Shown piece by piece: positions 23,388-34,845 of a stretch of 45,368 bases of DNA. How positions within the stretch are numbered: position 1 is the first letter of the stretch; each line of letters opens with the position of its first letter. Position numbers and translations under genes: made by a program. Source of the stretch: Malassezia furfur (lineage: Eukaryota); assembly GCA_052055015.1 (NCBI GenBank), contig JBQJIT010000039.1, one strand, 5' to 3'. The notes beneath the pieces were generated by a model that was not told the DNA's origin, ran no database searches, and saw only the letters and a program-made list of their open reading frames with translations.

Positions 23388-24409
23388 ATGGGCGCCTCGG
23401 AGAGCCGACCGGAGGCTGGGGATGCCAGCATTGGTACGTGCGCGCGACTCATAACAGCACCCAAACAGGGGTACCATGTGATCCGTGTTGCGCAGGGCAG
23501 CCCGGCACAATACGCGGGCTTGTACGTTTGTCGCACACACTCACACAGCGAACCTTTCTTTGATTTCTGCATCGGGATCAACGGCCGTCCGCTCGCGGAC
23601 CTCGGCGTGGAGTATCCGCCGGGCGTGCCGGTGGGAGCGCGCCTCGGCCACGCCAACTGGACCACGGTCGAGGCCAACGAAGGCCGCGAAATCGTGCTCA
23701 ATGTGTGGAGCTCCAAACAACAGGCCTACCGTGGTGCGTGCGCGACCATGGACGCGACTGACCCTAGACGTGCACATTGTGCCCTCACGCGCATGGTCTG
23801 AAGCAGGCACCAAGGGGAATGCCCAACCCTCGCTGCTCGGGCTCACGCTGCGCTTGTGCAACCCGACCGTGTCGATCAGCCACGTATGGCACATCCTCGA
23901 CGTGCTCGAGGGCAGTCCCGCTGACTCGGCAGGGCTTGTGCCCTACGGCGACTACATTATTGGCTGGACTGGCGGACCGCTTCAGAGCGAGGCCGACTTC
24001 TTCCAACTGATTGAGCAACATGCAGGGCGCAACGTCGCCATGTATGTATACAACAGCGACTACGACCACACACGCGAGGTCGTCATCATGCCCAACCGCG
24101 ACTGGGGCGGCGAGGGATTGCTCGGCTGCGGCGTCGGCTATGGCCTTCTACGTATGTCCTCCTTACACTTATCCAGATCGGATTCCCAAACCCCAGCGGA
24201 CGTGGGAGCAGGACGACGACGCAGCCCCCACCGATGCCACACCCGCGGCGGCACCACCCGCCGCGCAGGCCACACAGCCCCATGGACCGCCCTCGTTGGC
24301 ACCACCGCCGCGTGCAGGTGCATCGTATTACGACCCATACTCGGACTATGGCGAGGCCGGCAACGCCTCGGGCGTTACGGTGAGTGTGCATGCCGAGGAA
24401 GAAGAATAG
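23388..24409 (+). CDS. GRH1: GRASP55/65 Golgi reassembly stacking protein
   Basis: MGASES myristoylation start and tandem PDZ-like domains ([36 protein letters not shown]). Introns 23434-23457, 23522-23548, 23734-23767 and 24152-24176. Confidence 0.93.
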
Positions 24410-24438
24410 AACTACGATACCACCTACGTGCGCCGCAT

Positions 24439-26029
24439 CTAGGCGTACAATGCGCGAGCAGCCGCCGCAGCGCCGGCCTTGTACCCGTGCTCGAACTCCC
24501 ACAGGTACTTGCTGCCACCTGTCTCCTTCTCGTGCGCCGCCAGGCGCAGCAGGCCCAAATTATGCGAAAACCCGATTTCAGAGCCCGCCTGGATGAACTG
24601 GAGCGCATCCTTGGCCGCGAGCTCGAAACCGCGCTCGTAGCGCCAGTGCTCAAACTTGGAGCCACCCACCTGGCTATCCCAATAATGGCAGTGGCCCTCG
24701 TACGAGCTCTTGAGCTCCTGCTGCAGAAGGCCCTGGATCTTTTGCAGGTCCGGCCGGCGCCCCTGCAGCGGATCAAGCGAGGGTGGCATAGATCCCTTCT
24801 CCATAGCCGTGTACAGGCACCAGCCAGGGTCGGGACCGCCCTCCTTCTTGAGCGTCCAGTAGTAATAGCCGGCAGCGAAGCGCTCAAACGCCATCCACTG
24901 CGCCTTGGACCACAGCGTGCGTGCCTGTAGCTTGCTTTGGATCTTGCTCAGCTCAAACGACCGCGGGTTCAGCGCGCCACTCCATTCGCCAATGATGAGC
25001 GACCCGTGCGCCTTGTTGGAAATGTCCTGCAGCCAACGTGCCGTTTGGCCGTTGCCGTTCGGGTCGATGTTCTGGGCATGATCTTCTGCCGAGATGTTAT
25101 GATCCTGAGGCGTGAAGCAGCGATAGACGTGGTGGTCCAGCACGAGAGGACTGCCAGCAGTCGTGTTATCACCCACATAGTCCGCGTAGAACTTGGTGAC
25201 CCACGCATCGCCGAGATAAATAGGGAGCTGCCGCGCCTGCGGAACGGAACTCTCACGAATGGCTGCAATGGCCTTCGCATAAAAGGACTCGAGGCCCGAG
25301 TTGTTATCGGGCTCATTCAGCAGCTCGAGGCCAATCACATTGTCAAAGCCAGCGAGCGCTTCCGCCAGGTCGACCAAGATTTCGATCGTCACTCGCTGGT
25401 GCTTACCCGAGTGCAGGCCGTGCCAAAGCGCCGACTTGCTGTTCGACAGACCACAGTGACCGTCCTTGTTCTGGCCTCCAGGTGCGCCGTGCAAGTCGAC
25501 CAGCACGCCGATGTTGTTGGCGCGCGCCTTTTCAATCCCTTGCAGAATGTGTTGCCACGCGCCTTGGTAAACGGAGAAGTATTTCTCGTACTCAGTGCCC
25601 TTCAGCAAAGATGCAAAACGACCCTGGTCGGCACCGGAAAGGAAGTGGAAGTAGCCGATTGGGAGGCGCACCGAGTTGACGCCGTGTTGTGCCATCCATT
25701 TCCAGTCGCCATCGTTGATGAAGTTACTCCAGTGCTGTTCCAACATCTTCCGAGCATCTTCAGGGCTCATGTTGCTCACAATATCGTACTCGCTTCCACG
25801 CGGCTCAGCCGCGTTCTGGAACAGGCTGCCCGTGAGCCACGATTCGAGCGAGAACCACGAGCCGAGATTCACCCCACGTTGCTTCCGGTACTGGAAGATC
25901 CGACGCGAATCAAGCGGCTTCTCTGTAGGGATCGTGTCAGCGGGAGGGATCATTTTGATGTCCGTCCCACCCATTTTGTCGCCAATCTTATCGAGAAACT
26001 GTATTAGCCACCCCACATACCTTGCGCAT
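24439..26029 (-). CDS. GH5 glucan 1,3-beta-glucosidase-like protein (no signal peptide)
   Basis: RGVNLGSWFSLE, VRLPIGY, DLHGAPG, ELLNEP and IIGEWS motifs. A 9-nt first exon (MRK) precedes intron 25999-26020. Confidence 0.92.
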
Positions 26030-26129
26030 CGTCTTGCGGAGGAGGATCGGCAAAGAGTCAGGTTCAGGGTATGTGGGATGGCCCGTGCTCACCTAATCCA
26101 CTCCACCCCCACCTGCTGCGCACACAACC

Positions 26130-27323
26130 ATGGCACCCAAGCTTCGTATTTCTGCAGGCCCCGACATAGACCACCTTGAGATCGTTAACGTCAATCACGA
26201 CAACGAACCCTTTGTGGTCGATAGCGAACGGTTCCATGGACGGCTCACAGTCCGCATCAAAGACTTTGTGGGCGAATCGCCAGACGGTACACCCGCGAAC
26301 AAAACCACGGCCTACTTTCGGGAGCCGTACGGAGATTCGATGACCTATAGCATCCAGGTGCAAGGTACGTCATCGCTTAATGCAGGTCAATTTTCCAGCG
26401 AGATTTCGGTCAACGATCTTGTGTTCGGAAACGAGTTTGATCGTCCGATTCGCGTATGTTGATCGACTTATCCAGAACTCGCTCCCATACGGTACTGGCC
26501 TTGCCTTGCGCTTTGCGAGTTATGTGGACCCCAACTGTATGCACTCAGTACTAATGCAGTGAAACACGATCTTTATGGAGACAAACCATGGGCGTTTTCC
26601 CCCTTGCTGGCTACCATGTATCGCGTCCAGGCGAACCGCGCCGAGCAGCCTTACGACGCCCAGTCTGCCGAGGACATGTTTAAATCCGAATCGTGGCCAC
26701 CTTTCCCAACACCGAATGGGGACAGCCAGCAGCACTTTGTGAATGAAAGTATTGCGCCCCTGTTCCGCACGGTAAAAGACGGAGAGTCTACTTTGGACGA
26801 GAAGACCGGTATCGACGACGCAACTTTGCAGAATCTGGAATCCGACTCAGTCACCAAAGCCTCCTCTGCGAGGGCATCCTGGCTGGGGAATAAGGCTAAC
26901 CGAGAAAAGCTCATGATTACACCGGCAGACGTGGTGACCGTGGATTTCTGCAATGGGTTTATTGATTTCAACACGCTGCAGCTAGTGCTACCGTACGGAG
27001 GACTGCATTTCGATCTGCAAAAGTACTGGGATGGCCAGCCCGTTCGCTATGTTGCAAAGAACCTGTCGACCAACGATGTATTCTTCGTTGTTCAGTATGT
27101 GCATGACTAACAAAGATTTGAGCTGGTTGAACTCTCCGAAGAAGCGAAAGAAGAGCGCAGTGACACAGATGGAAATGCGGGGAAGGCCTCGAATGAGCCA
27201 GAGGCTGAGGACGAGAAGGAGGGTGATGAAGACAATGGCGAAGATGACGAGGTGCAGGCATCTGGCGAGACAAAGGACGAGGAACAGAAAGACGAAGACG
27301 ACAATTCCAACGATGTTGACTAG
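26130..27323 (+). CDS. DUF1769 family protein
   Basis: TYSIQVQG, LVFGNEFDRPIR..LP, DLYGDKPWA.SP, DFCNGFIDF and YWDGQP motifs. Introns 26365-26385, 26454-26475, 26537-26559 and 27095-27115. Confidence 0.85.
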
Positions 27324-27455
27324 GAGCTATGCATGGAAAGGGAAGAATCGCATCATCAAGATATCGCATCCACTACCTACTGGGTATAAAGCTTGGTAGC
27401 TACCTTGCTCGATGCCATAAGGCATGTGGCTAGGAGTAAATAGTGCATTTCCATC

Positions 27456-28214
27456 TCAATTCAAGTCTGCTTCATAAAAACAAATGCCCTGGGTATCAAG
27501 CCATGTACGCATCCGCGCACGGGCTTTGGCAGTCGAGCCTGGCAGCAGATTCAGTCTTTTCCCCAGCCCAACCATCTCGTCCAAAGGGATCGGCTCTAAA
27601 AGAAGAATTCGGCGATAGAGTTGTTTGTCTTGGTATATTGCGTTGCAAAGAGCCTCATCCAGATCATTGGCTTCGCTCCCGTACAGATCGAGTGCAAGTG
27701 ATTCCTGGGTATCGGTTGCTTCGATGGATTCCGCGTCGCTGGAGCCCGGTGTATTGCTTTCCGCAGAAGATGAAGAGAGATGAATGGCCTCCATGGCTTT
27801 CTCCAATTCTTCAGTAGTACTTGTCTTGCTTTTCCGACGCGGGGATGTTGTAGGACTCCGTCGTGCTACACGTATGATTTCGAACGATGAATCCGAGTCT
27901 GTAATGGGTACAGCTGCTGCGCTCCGGCTTTCTGATGGAGTCTCGGATCCATCCTTTGGCCGAGTCGTGGAAGTTTCGCCCCGTTCGGCGTAGTAGGAAT
28001 CCAACATGGCAACGAGCTCAGCTTTTTTGAGCGTCGTTCGCAGACCCAGAGAGCGACATAATGCCTTGAGCTCAGGTAATTTTTGCGTTGCAAAGGGTGA
28101 AGATGTAGCTTGGGTCTGAATGTGACGCTGGGGCAGAGTATCGAGAAGGTTTAGCAGTGCACTTGACTGCGATCTGCCCTGCATCCCACGAAGCGTTGCT
28201 CCGCAGCGCAGCAT
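27456..28214 (-). CDS. SLX4: Compact Slx4-like structure-specific endonuclease scaffold (SAP plus CCD)
   Basis: SAP motif LPELKALCRSLGLRTTLKKAELV and C-terminal LYRRILLLEPI...WLDTQGICF, typical of the Slx1-binding CCD. Confidence 0.75.
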   Translation of the reverse strand: MLRCGATLRGMQGRSQSSALLNLLDTLPQRHIQTQATSSPFATQKLPELKALCRSLGLRTTLKKAELVAMLDSYYAERGETSTTRPKDGSETPSESRSAAAVPITDSDSSFEIIRVARRSPTTSPRRKSKTSTTEELEKAMEAIHLSSSSAESNTPGSSDAESIEATDTQESLALDLYGSEANDLDEALCNAIYQDKQLYRRILLLEPIPLDEMVGLGKRLNLLPGSTAKARARMRTWLDTQGICFYEADLN

Positions 28215-28298
28215 TGAACTGTGGAGGAATCTCGAAATGCGTCCAAAATTTTGTGCTACATGAATAGTGCAGACTAGCCTAAAGGTTGGTATGAGCGT

Positions 28299-29574
28299 TT
28301 AACCAGCATAGGGGAGAATACGACCTTCCTTGGCACTTTGACGAATAAGCCGAAGGATCCGAGTAGACGTCGCGACGTGTTCGAGCTTGATGTCCAGCAG
28401 TTTGTCCACAATACTAGCAGCTTCTTCCACGTTGGGAGCCGCATTGACTGCACAGATGGTCTCGGCCAAGTTTGTGTATAGATCGATGTAGCGACCAGGC
28501 AGCGTGGGAATGCTGGCAACTGCAAGCTTTGGGGGATTGGTTCCAGACACTTCTTGGTTTGGTTGACTCGTTGTAAGCTGCGCGAGACGCAACGAGGATG
28601 GCGCATCGCTTGCATACATGCCAAACACGTCTGGATGGGTCGCCGGGGTCCAGCCCAGCTTGAGCTGACCCTCCTGAGGGTCGGTACCTTTCTTCACGTA
28701 AGAGCCGAGCGTGCCTTCCACGCGGAAACGCGACTGCTCTGCATCTGTGTGTGCCGAAAGGCAGGTTGAGCCAAGGACCGCTCGAAGTGCCCCAAGACGT
28801 CGGCCAGGTGTAAATGTCTCCTCCGTAGGTGCGTCACCCGGCGGGTAAGTGAGTACGGCCAGCCAGTCGTCATCCACATTTTCGGGACCTTGACCGCGTT
28901 GGTTCTGGACCATGCCAAAAACGGACTCAGGCGCGCCGAACAATGCAACGGCTTGGTCTACAAGGTGCGCACCCAGGTCCCACAGCATACCACCTCCCTC
29001 GGTTTCTGGGTCGACGCTTTCCCGCCATCCACCTTTGGCAATAGGCCGGAATCGGTCAAACCGCGACTCATAATACGTTGGAAGACCCAGCGCCGAGGGG
29101 TTGGGCCCACCCTGGTGCTTGATCAACGACTTTAGCGTTAAATAATCCCCATCGAAACGGCGGTCTGCGTTAGCAAACGCACGTACTCTGGTAGACGGTG
29201 CAGACTTTCCCCACAGAACGTGCGAGCTGGGCCAACTTGTCCACCTCGTCCTCATGGATAGCCACTGGTTTCTCGACCAGAACATGCATCTTGGCGCGAA
29301 GCGCCTTCTCTGCGTACGGGTAGTGCGAAGCATTGTTGGTAGTGATGATCACCAGTCCTCCTTCGGGCAGTGCACTGAGCGCAGCATCAATGTCCGGCAC
29401 GACCTGGACATCGGGAAGGTCCAGTGCGGCATTCGGGGACGTCGATCCTTCTGGACGTGGGCGTTGCAGCACAACGTGCAGCTGAAATTGGTCCGGTAAG
29501 GACTTCACAAACGGAAGATGGAACGTCCGGGCCGAGTTACCGTACCCAAGCAAGGCGACAGGGATGGGCGACAT
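28299..29574 (-). CDS. Gfo/Idh/MocA-family NAD(P)-dependent oxidoreductase
   Basis: GYGNSARTFHLP, HVLVEKP, YQNRRFD and DLGAHLVDQ motifs. Intron 29165-29186. Confidence 0.92.
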
Positions 29575-29625
29575 GGTGTCAAGAGACAAGAGATGATTCA
29601 CACCACTGATCAAATTAAAACTATG

Positions 29626-29853
29626 AAATGTGCGGTCTACCGACCCGCCAAAGCTCAACATGAGAGCTTTCGCATGGGTGCTAAGATGACCGTGCGGGCC
29701 TGCAAGCAGGCACGAGAGATGGCATAATCCCCCTGGAGTCGCCTGATCTGGTCGTCCATTGAAGCGCTTCCGGCAATGTGGTACGGTAAAGAAACTGCAG
29801 GCCGCAAGGCCTGCACCGCAGTTCCTACCGGGCGCAACACGAAGAGAGCGACG
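29626..29853 (-). ncRNA. H/ACA snoRNA, probable snR35/SNORA13 homologue (18S Psi1191 guide)
   Basis: Minus strand: 5' hairpin with guide UCUUCGUGUU (29845-29836) complementary to 18S AACACGGGGA, 3' guide (U)UCAA 14 nt before H box AGAUCA (29749-29744), further hairpins, and ACA+3 nt (29631-29626). Confidence 0.6.
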
Positions 29854-29908
29854 TATGCCGCACGAAGAGAAAAAGTGCTGGCGCTGCACCGCGCTTAACA
29901 GACCTTCG

Positions 29909-29916
29909 CACGTGAC
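29909..29916. promoter_or_regulatory. CACGTGAC E-box in a divergent promoter
   Basis: Lies between the snoRNA candidate/Gfo gene (-) and LYRM2 ATG 29932. Confidence 0.5.
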
Positions 29917-29931
29917 GTCCGTGCAACCACT

Positions 29932-30243
29932 ATGGGGAAGCTCAATGCGCCGTCGTTGCGGCAGTTTATGCTGCATGCCGAGGCGCTAGCGCTCTATCGC
30001 AAATATTTGCGGGCTACGAGGTGTACGTGATGTGCTGATCTAGTTATACCTACCATGTCAGCAAGGCGTGAAACAATCGCATGGTTCCGCGATGAATTCG
30101 AGCAAGCACGGCACGAGACCGATGTAGGAAAAATCGAGTCGCTGCTCAAGCATGGTCGCATTCAACTCAAGCAGACAGAATCTGGGATGATGCTTAGCAG
30201 TACAAGTGGCTCATATGTGCCACTACGGGGAGGCAGAGGGTAA
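29932..30243 (+). CDS. LYRM2: LYR-motif mitochondrial protein (LYRM2-like)
   Basis: SLRQFML..EALALYRKYLRATR...RRETIAWFRDEFE. The 21-nt intron 30023-30043 contains an in-frame TGA. Confidence 0.85.
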
Positions 30244-30245
30244 TT

Positions 30246-33200
30246 TTATACAATTGGATCGGCGCGGACAATTTGCAGTTCGCCAAGAAGGTATCGGTTC
30301 AAGTGAAGCAGCGCCTCTAGGCAAGAAACCAGTTGCGACAGGAGCACGTGCTCGGAAAGCAGATACAGCACGCCATCTGCACTAGGGGTATTGTTGGGCG
30401 GGAGGCTGCCCCATGTGGATGAAGGCACGGCAGGCGTTCGTCCGGCCAGATGAAGTGTCACGACGGAATTGTGTGGTTGAACATGGGTTTGCGTTTTCAT
30501 AAGATAGTCTCGTGCCCTGTATTGTAAATTGGGCGCGTCAAATATGTGCCGCGAGTCTCTCGGTACGATAACCTCTTGTTGATTACGATCGTAGAAGACC
30601 TCGCCGAGATTGTGCGCCAGTGCTGCAGTGAGTTCTTCCAGCGTGCGCCGCGTCGAAGGCAAGAACTGCGGCATACGTGAGCGTGTCAGCATGGACTGCC
30701 CGATGATCCAGAGATTAAGCATCACCGTCGACGCCATTTCTTGACGCAAGTTTGCCACGTCCCAAATCACCTTTTGACGCAGACTCTGCAATCCATGCTC
30801 ACGGCACATGCGCAAACCAACAAGCAAGTCGAAGATGCTTTCCAGTCGGACCAGCATTTGCGTCATAACCACCGTGGGTTTCGGCACCAGTGAGATTTCG
30901 TTGTTCATGACGTTAATCAGCAGATAGCATTTGCTAATGTTGGCACGCAGCTTCCGCTCAAAATCGGCGAATCGAGCGTGGGATTCGGGTGAGACATAGA
31001 ATCCAGCGTAGAACATGTGCCTGGTCAGGTTCATGTACATGGTTTGCAAGTCGCTTGCAAGCCACGAGAGCTTCTGTCCCAGCTTAATTCTCGCATGGTA
31101 AGGCCATATAAATGTATTGATCAACAGCGCCGCGACGATGCCAATACAGATCATGTACCCACGCGTGACACCCACAAGCCATGCGGTGTCGTAGTACTCA
31201 TTGAAAAAGGTCACGAGGGCAACGACCGGCACCGTGACTCCCATGACCGTCCCGAGAGGAGGCAGCGAAGTATGCATGCGGATGCTCGAGGCCACTGCCT
31301 CACAGAGCACCACGAGAACACCCAGGCCATACTTGTTTCCGCGCGAAATCTCGAACGAGATGATTCCCATAATCACACCTGAAATTGTACCAAGGATGCG
31401 ACACAGAGACATGCGGATGGAGTCTCCTGTGTAAGACTCTAGGCACCAGACGAAGGAAATGACCATCCACTGCCCATGGTTGTTGCTCCACCAAGAATTG
31501 GATCCAGGCAGCACGAAGGCAGGAATACACAATAGGACCACTCCCGACGCCAGCTTGAGCCCAAAGCGTACATGCCGCGATTGCTTCCACCGACGACAAA
31601 AAGCAGATACTTGGATACGCGCACGCAACACTCTGGGCTTGCGTGAGAACCGATGTACGAATTGTCGAATGCGATTGAAGAGGAAAGGACGCCTGAATTT
31701 GTGCTCAAACGAGCTGGTAGTGTTGGACGCGCGCACTGTATTCATCGCATATGCTTGGTACATATTCGTTCGCTTGACATCATCGAAGAGCTCAGGCAAG
31801 TCGTCTTCATTCTTTTCCTGATTTTTCTTCTCGAATGGTTTATCAGGCGCATTCGACGCGTCCTGGCCATCATCGCTGGAGGAAGAATGAACCGAGTTCA
31901 CCATAGTGTTCTCCGACACGTTTTGGAAAAGACCGATTCCGCTCGACGAATAAAACCAATTTGAGAAATTGAGCACGGGCAGATAAATCTTGTCCTTCGG
32001 GTGCTTTTCATAAAATTCCACCGTGTCCGAGGCGCTTTCTAGTAGACTCACAGTTCGGTAGGATACCTCAATGAGAGATAGCGAGTAGAACGACAATGCA
32101 CACATATCAGAACGGAACAGGGATGGTTCATGCAAGCTGGAATCACAGTGAGTCTTATTCTCCGACTTTGTTTCGTCCGCGGCTGTTTCTTTTTCGCACG
32201 AGTCGCGGTACTCTCCAGCGAGGCGCTGTCGTGATTGTACCATTTTGTGCAGCTTGACACGACTATTCTGGATCGACTGTTGCAATGCCTTTTTCCGCTC
32301 CGAGAGTATGGCACAAGCCTGGTTTTGTGACGTGGACTGTTGCAGAGCTTGGGCCAGTTCAAGCGTCCCAGGCCGGGTTGTGGTAGGGGTTTGTCCGTAA
32401 CACACCTCGGTTACAACAAGAACAGCTGCCAATGCATCCTGCAAGGTGGAATAAAGCTCTTTCATAGGCTTTTCCTGTCCCATGATCTCCGGAAGATCAT
32501 TTTTAGGGATAGCTGGCGTAGATTGCACGGATGATGGTAGATTCTCCTCATCTTGTTGAATATGTTCATGTGCATCGCCAACATCCTGGTGCGGTTCGTA
32601 AGCGGCTGTGTCCCGGAACGCAGTCTCATCTTCTTCCTCGTCCAGATACTTGTACTTCCGTGTAGACAGCTCGAACGGAAGCAAGGGAACTTCTAGGCCA
32701 AACCCACAACTGATCCAGGTTTTAAAATCCACGAGATAACCGAGTACATCCGCCATGTTGGTCACTGGCACACGACACCAAGCAATCTCGTGCGTAGTCG
32801 CAGCGACGGCCAGACGCATGAGGCCGATGCATTCGTCAATGGACTTGCGAAGCTGAATGAATTCAGGTGACTGGATAGGGGGTGGTGGGAGGCTAATTTT
32901 TCCTTGCGACTCAAGTGCCGCATGGCTTCGTAGCAGCCACTGCCGCAATTCAGAGTCGAAGTTGTTGACCGCGACATCCACCACCTCCATGGTTGTTTTG
33001 AGCCCACGACATGCAGCCTGAAAATAGGCATCCCGACCGGTTCGGGGAAACAAAATGTTAGCCGCAAAACTGAGACCTGCCGTCACAATAAGTGGGTAAA
33101 AGAGTTGCGTGAAGTTCTCGGAGCTGATCGACGATGACGAGCCTGTGAGTGCCCAGATCTGTACAAACATCAACGCACGTAGCGGTGTTCTAAGTCGTGG

Positions 33201-33605
33201 GACTTTACTCCATACCATACCAGCAATGAAGAATACAACAAAGAGATAACATGCTCCCAGCCCTCTGGTTTTCTTGCTGGTGTAGATAGGATTTGGCTCA
33301 TCAATCCAAACTTGGATGCAAACGATCAGGTAAGAGAGTCCTAGGCAAAGTGTGCTCAACACTGTGCCTAGTACAGCCTGCTCAACATGTGCGCCCACGG
33401 TGTTTCCGCCCGGATAGTACACGAGGTGTGCCAAAATGAAGCAGAAAAATGAATGCTTCCCAAGCCAGTCCGACAGCACTGTAACAAACACAAATGGAAG
33501 CAATGATATGTTGAAGAGAATCGGCGGGAGAATATCATAGAGGTTAGCGACCCACGTCCTCCGCCATGACGTGCGCGCCTTCGATAACAGCGGCTCAAAC
33601 AGCAT
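30246..33605 (-). CDS. ArAE/FUSC-type (Bre4-like) membrane protein
   Basis: Two TM bundles; FGLKLA, GQWMVIS, RILGTISG, FIWPYHAR and MPQFLPS motifs. Start placed at ATG 33605 because the neighbouring + gene begins at 33688. Confidence 0.8.
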   Translation of the reverse strand: MLFEPLLSKARTSWRRTWVANLYDILPPILFNISLLPFVFVTVLSDWLGKHSFFCFILAHLVYYPGGNTVGAHVEQAVLGTVLSTLCLGLSYLIVCIQVWIDEPNPIYTSKKTRGLGACYLFVVFFIAGMVWSKVPRLRTPLRALMFVQIWALTGSSSSISSENFTQLFYPLIVTAGLSFAANILFPRTGRDAYFQAACRGLKTTMEVVDVAVNNFDSELRQWLLRSHAALESQGKISLPPPPIQSPEFIQLRKSIDECIGLMRLAVAATTHEIAWCRVPVTNMADVLGYLVDFKTWISCGFGLEVPLLPFELSTRKYKYLDEEEDETAFRDTAAYEPHQDVGDAHEHIQQDEENLPSSVQSTPAIPKNDLPEIMGQEKPMKELYSTLQDALAAVLVVTEVCYGQTPTTTRPGTLELAQALQQSTSQNQACAILSERKKALQQSIQNSRVKLHKMVQSRQRLAGEYRDSCEKETAADETKSENKTHCDSSLHEPSLFRSDMCALSFYSLSLIEVSYRTVSLLESASDTVEFYEKHPKDKIYLPVLNFSNWFYSSSGIGLFQNVSENTMVNSVHSSSSDDGQDASNAPDKPFEKKNQEKNEDDLPELFDDVKRTNMYQAYAMNTVRASNTTSSFEHKFRRPFLFNRIRQFVHRFSRKPRVLRARIQVSAFCRRWKQSRHVRFGLKLASGVVLLCIPAFVLPGSNSWWSNNHGQWMVISFVWCLESYTGDSIRMSLCRILGTISGVIMGIISFEISRGNKYGLGVLVVLCEAVASSIRMHTSLPPLGTVMGVTVPVVALVTFFNEYYDTAWLVGVTRGYMICIGIVAALLINTFIWPYHARIKLGQKLSWLASDLQTMYMNLTRHMFYAGFYVSPESHARFADFERKLRANISKCYLLINVMNNEISLVPKPTVVMTQMLVRLESIFDLLVGLRMCREHGLQSLRQKVIWDVANLRQEMASTVMLNLWIIGQSMLTRSRMPQFLPSTRRTLEELTAALAHNLGEVFYDRNQQEVIVPRDSRHIFDAPNLQYRARDYLMKTQTHVQPHNSVVTLHLAGRTPAVPSSTWGSLPPNNTPSADGVLYLLSEHVLLSQLVSCLEALLHLNRYLLGELQIVRADPIV

Positions 33606-33687
33606 CTCGCCGGCTGTCGACGACGTGGGGGAACCTCCACATGAGCAAATTTTTGGATGGCAGACTCCAAAAACACACGATGCAGGG

Positions 33688-34838
33688 ATGGGTTTATCGC
33701 TGCTCCCCGTCGAGGTAGGCTTGTCTAACATCTGATCCAGCTTCTTTGGAAGGTTTTGATCTTTTCCAGAAGTCCGGATTTACCCTACGTGTGTCGTTAT
33801 ACCCTTTACGCCTGCACACAAGCGCCGCGGTCAATTCTTTGCGAGTATTTGCTCTGCTCATGGCTCGACTCTTACGCGTTGCGTTTCACACGAGGCCAGC
33901 ATGCCAACGCTAGCATTCCAGATCTTGCTACCAAGTTTCTTCCTACCACATATCCCCCTGCTGGGTCACTGATCCCGCAGCGCCGGGCAGCTACCTGTGA
34001 CATTCTCTCCTACGTCGCACGATTTGGGATTTGTACGCCGGAGCTTCTGGGAGCTGTGGAAAAGTATATCTTGCACACTACAATGTGTGGTAACATATGC
34101 CAACTTCATGGCTTGTTTCCCGTGGGGAAGCCATGCTTATATCCTTTGCACCTTGCCTGTCACACCGTACCCGAGCGCATTCTCCGTGCGATCACTACGG
34201 TCGACACTGAGCAGGAACTCGCGACGGTGCCGGAATATTTGCAAGCACCATTGCGCACCATGGTGGATACGATGAATGCCATGGTCCCATCAGCGCACAG
34301 GGAAGCATCGATGCCTCGGCCACCATTGGCCCACCTCGAATTGCTTCTTCGACTGGTACTGTTGCATCGCGCCTCGCCGAATTCGTTGCAAGGCTACCCT
34401 TTGGCTATGGCTGTACATCGTATGAGCATGCCAATCATCTGTTTCCTCCTCGCCGTTGGCGCCGATCCCGGCTTAAAGCAAGGTTTTGCACTACAGCTTG
34501 CTTCCAAAAAGGGTTGGCTCGAAGGTCTACGCATGCTTGTCGAGCGCGACGACAAGCTCGAAGCACAGTGGAAGCAGCAAGTACACTCGCTCTCAGAGAC
34601 GATGCACACCATCGTGGCGCTGCGCATGCACCGACCACGTCCACCTCCTCGAAAAAACGCAGAACCCGGGCGAACAAAGCGCCGACGACTAGAGGACCGC
34701 TTGAAGCTGGATACCACCCATCTCCAGACGGCTGTGCGTTCCAATGCCTGGAACGTGGTCGCCTACATGATGCAGCAAAAAGGAGTGGTACCTGACGTCG
34801 ACACTCTGCGGCTGATGGAAGTCCACGGCATTACCTAG
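33688..34838 (+). CDS. F-box-like N-terminus plus ankyrin-like protein
   Basis: Exon 1 MGLSLLPVE joins via intron 33715-33740 to LLWKVLIFSRSPDLPYVCR. Later YPLAMAV..FLLAVGADP is ankyrin-like. Confidence 0.7.
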
Positions 34839-34845
34839 ATACCCA

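Noticed and set aside
29676..29765. TPP-riboswitch-like fragments (GGGUGC, CCUGAUCUGG) on the + strand
   Set aside because: The UGAGA and AUAAUGCCAGCG elements are not correctly present, the neighbours are not thiamine genes, and a minus-strand H/ACA fold explains the region better.
33606..33731. N-terminal extension of the ArAE ORF to ATG 33731
   Set aside because: It overlaps exon 1 and the intron of the + strand F-box-like gene starting at 33688; ATG 33605 is more parsimonious.
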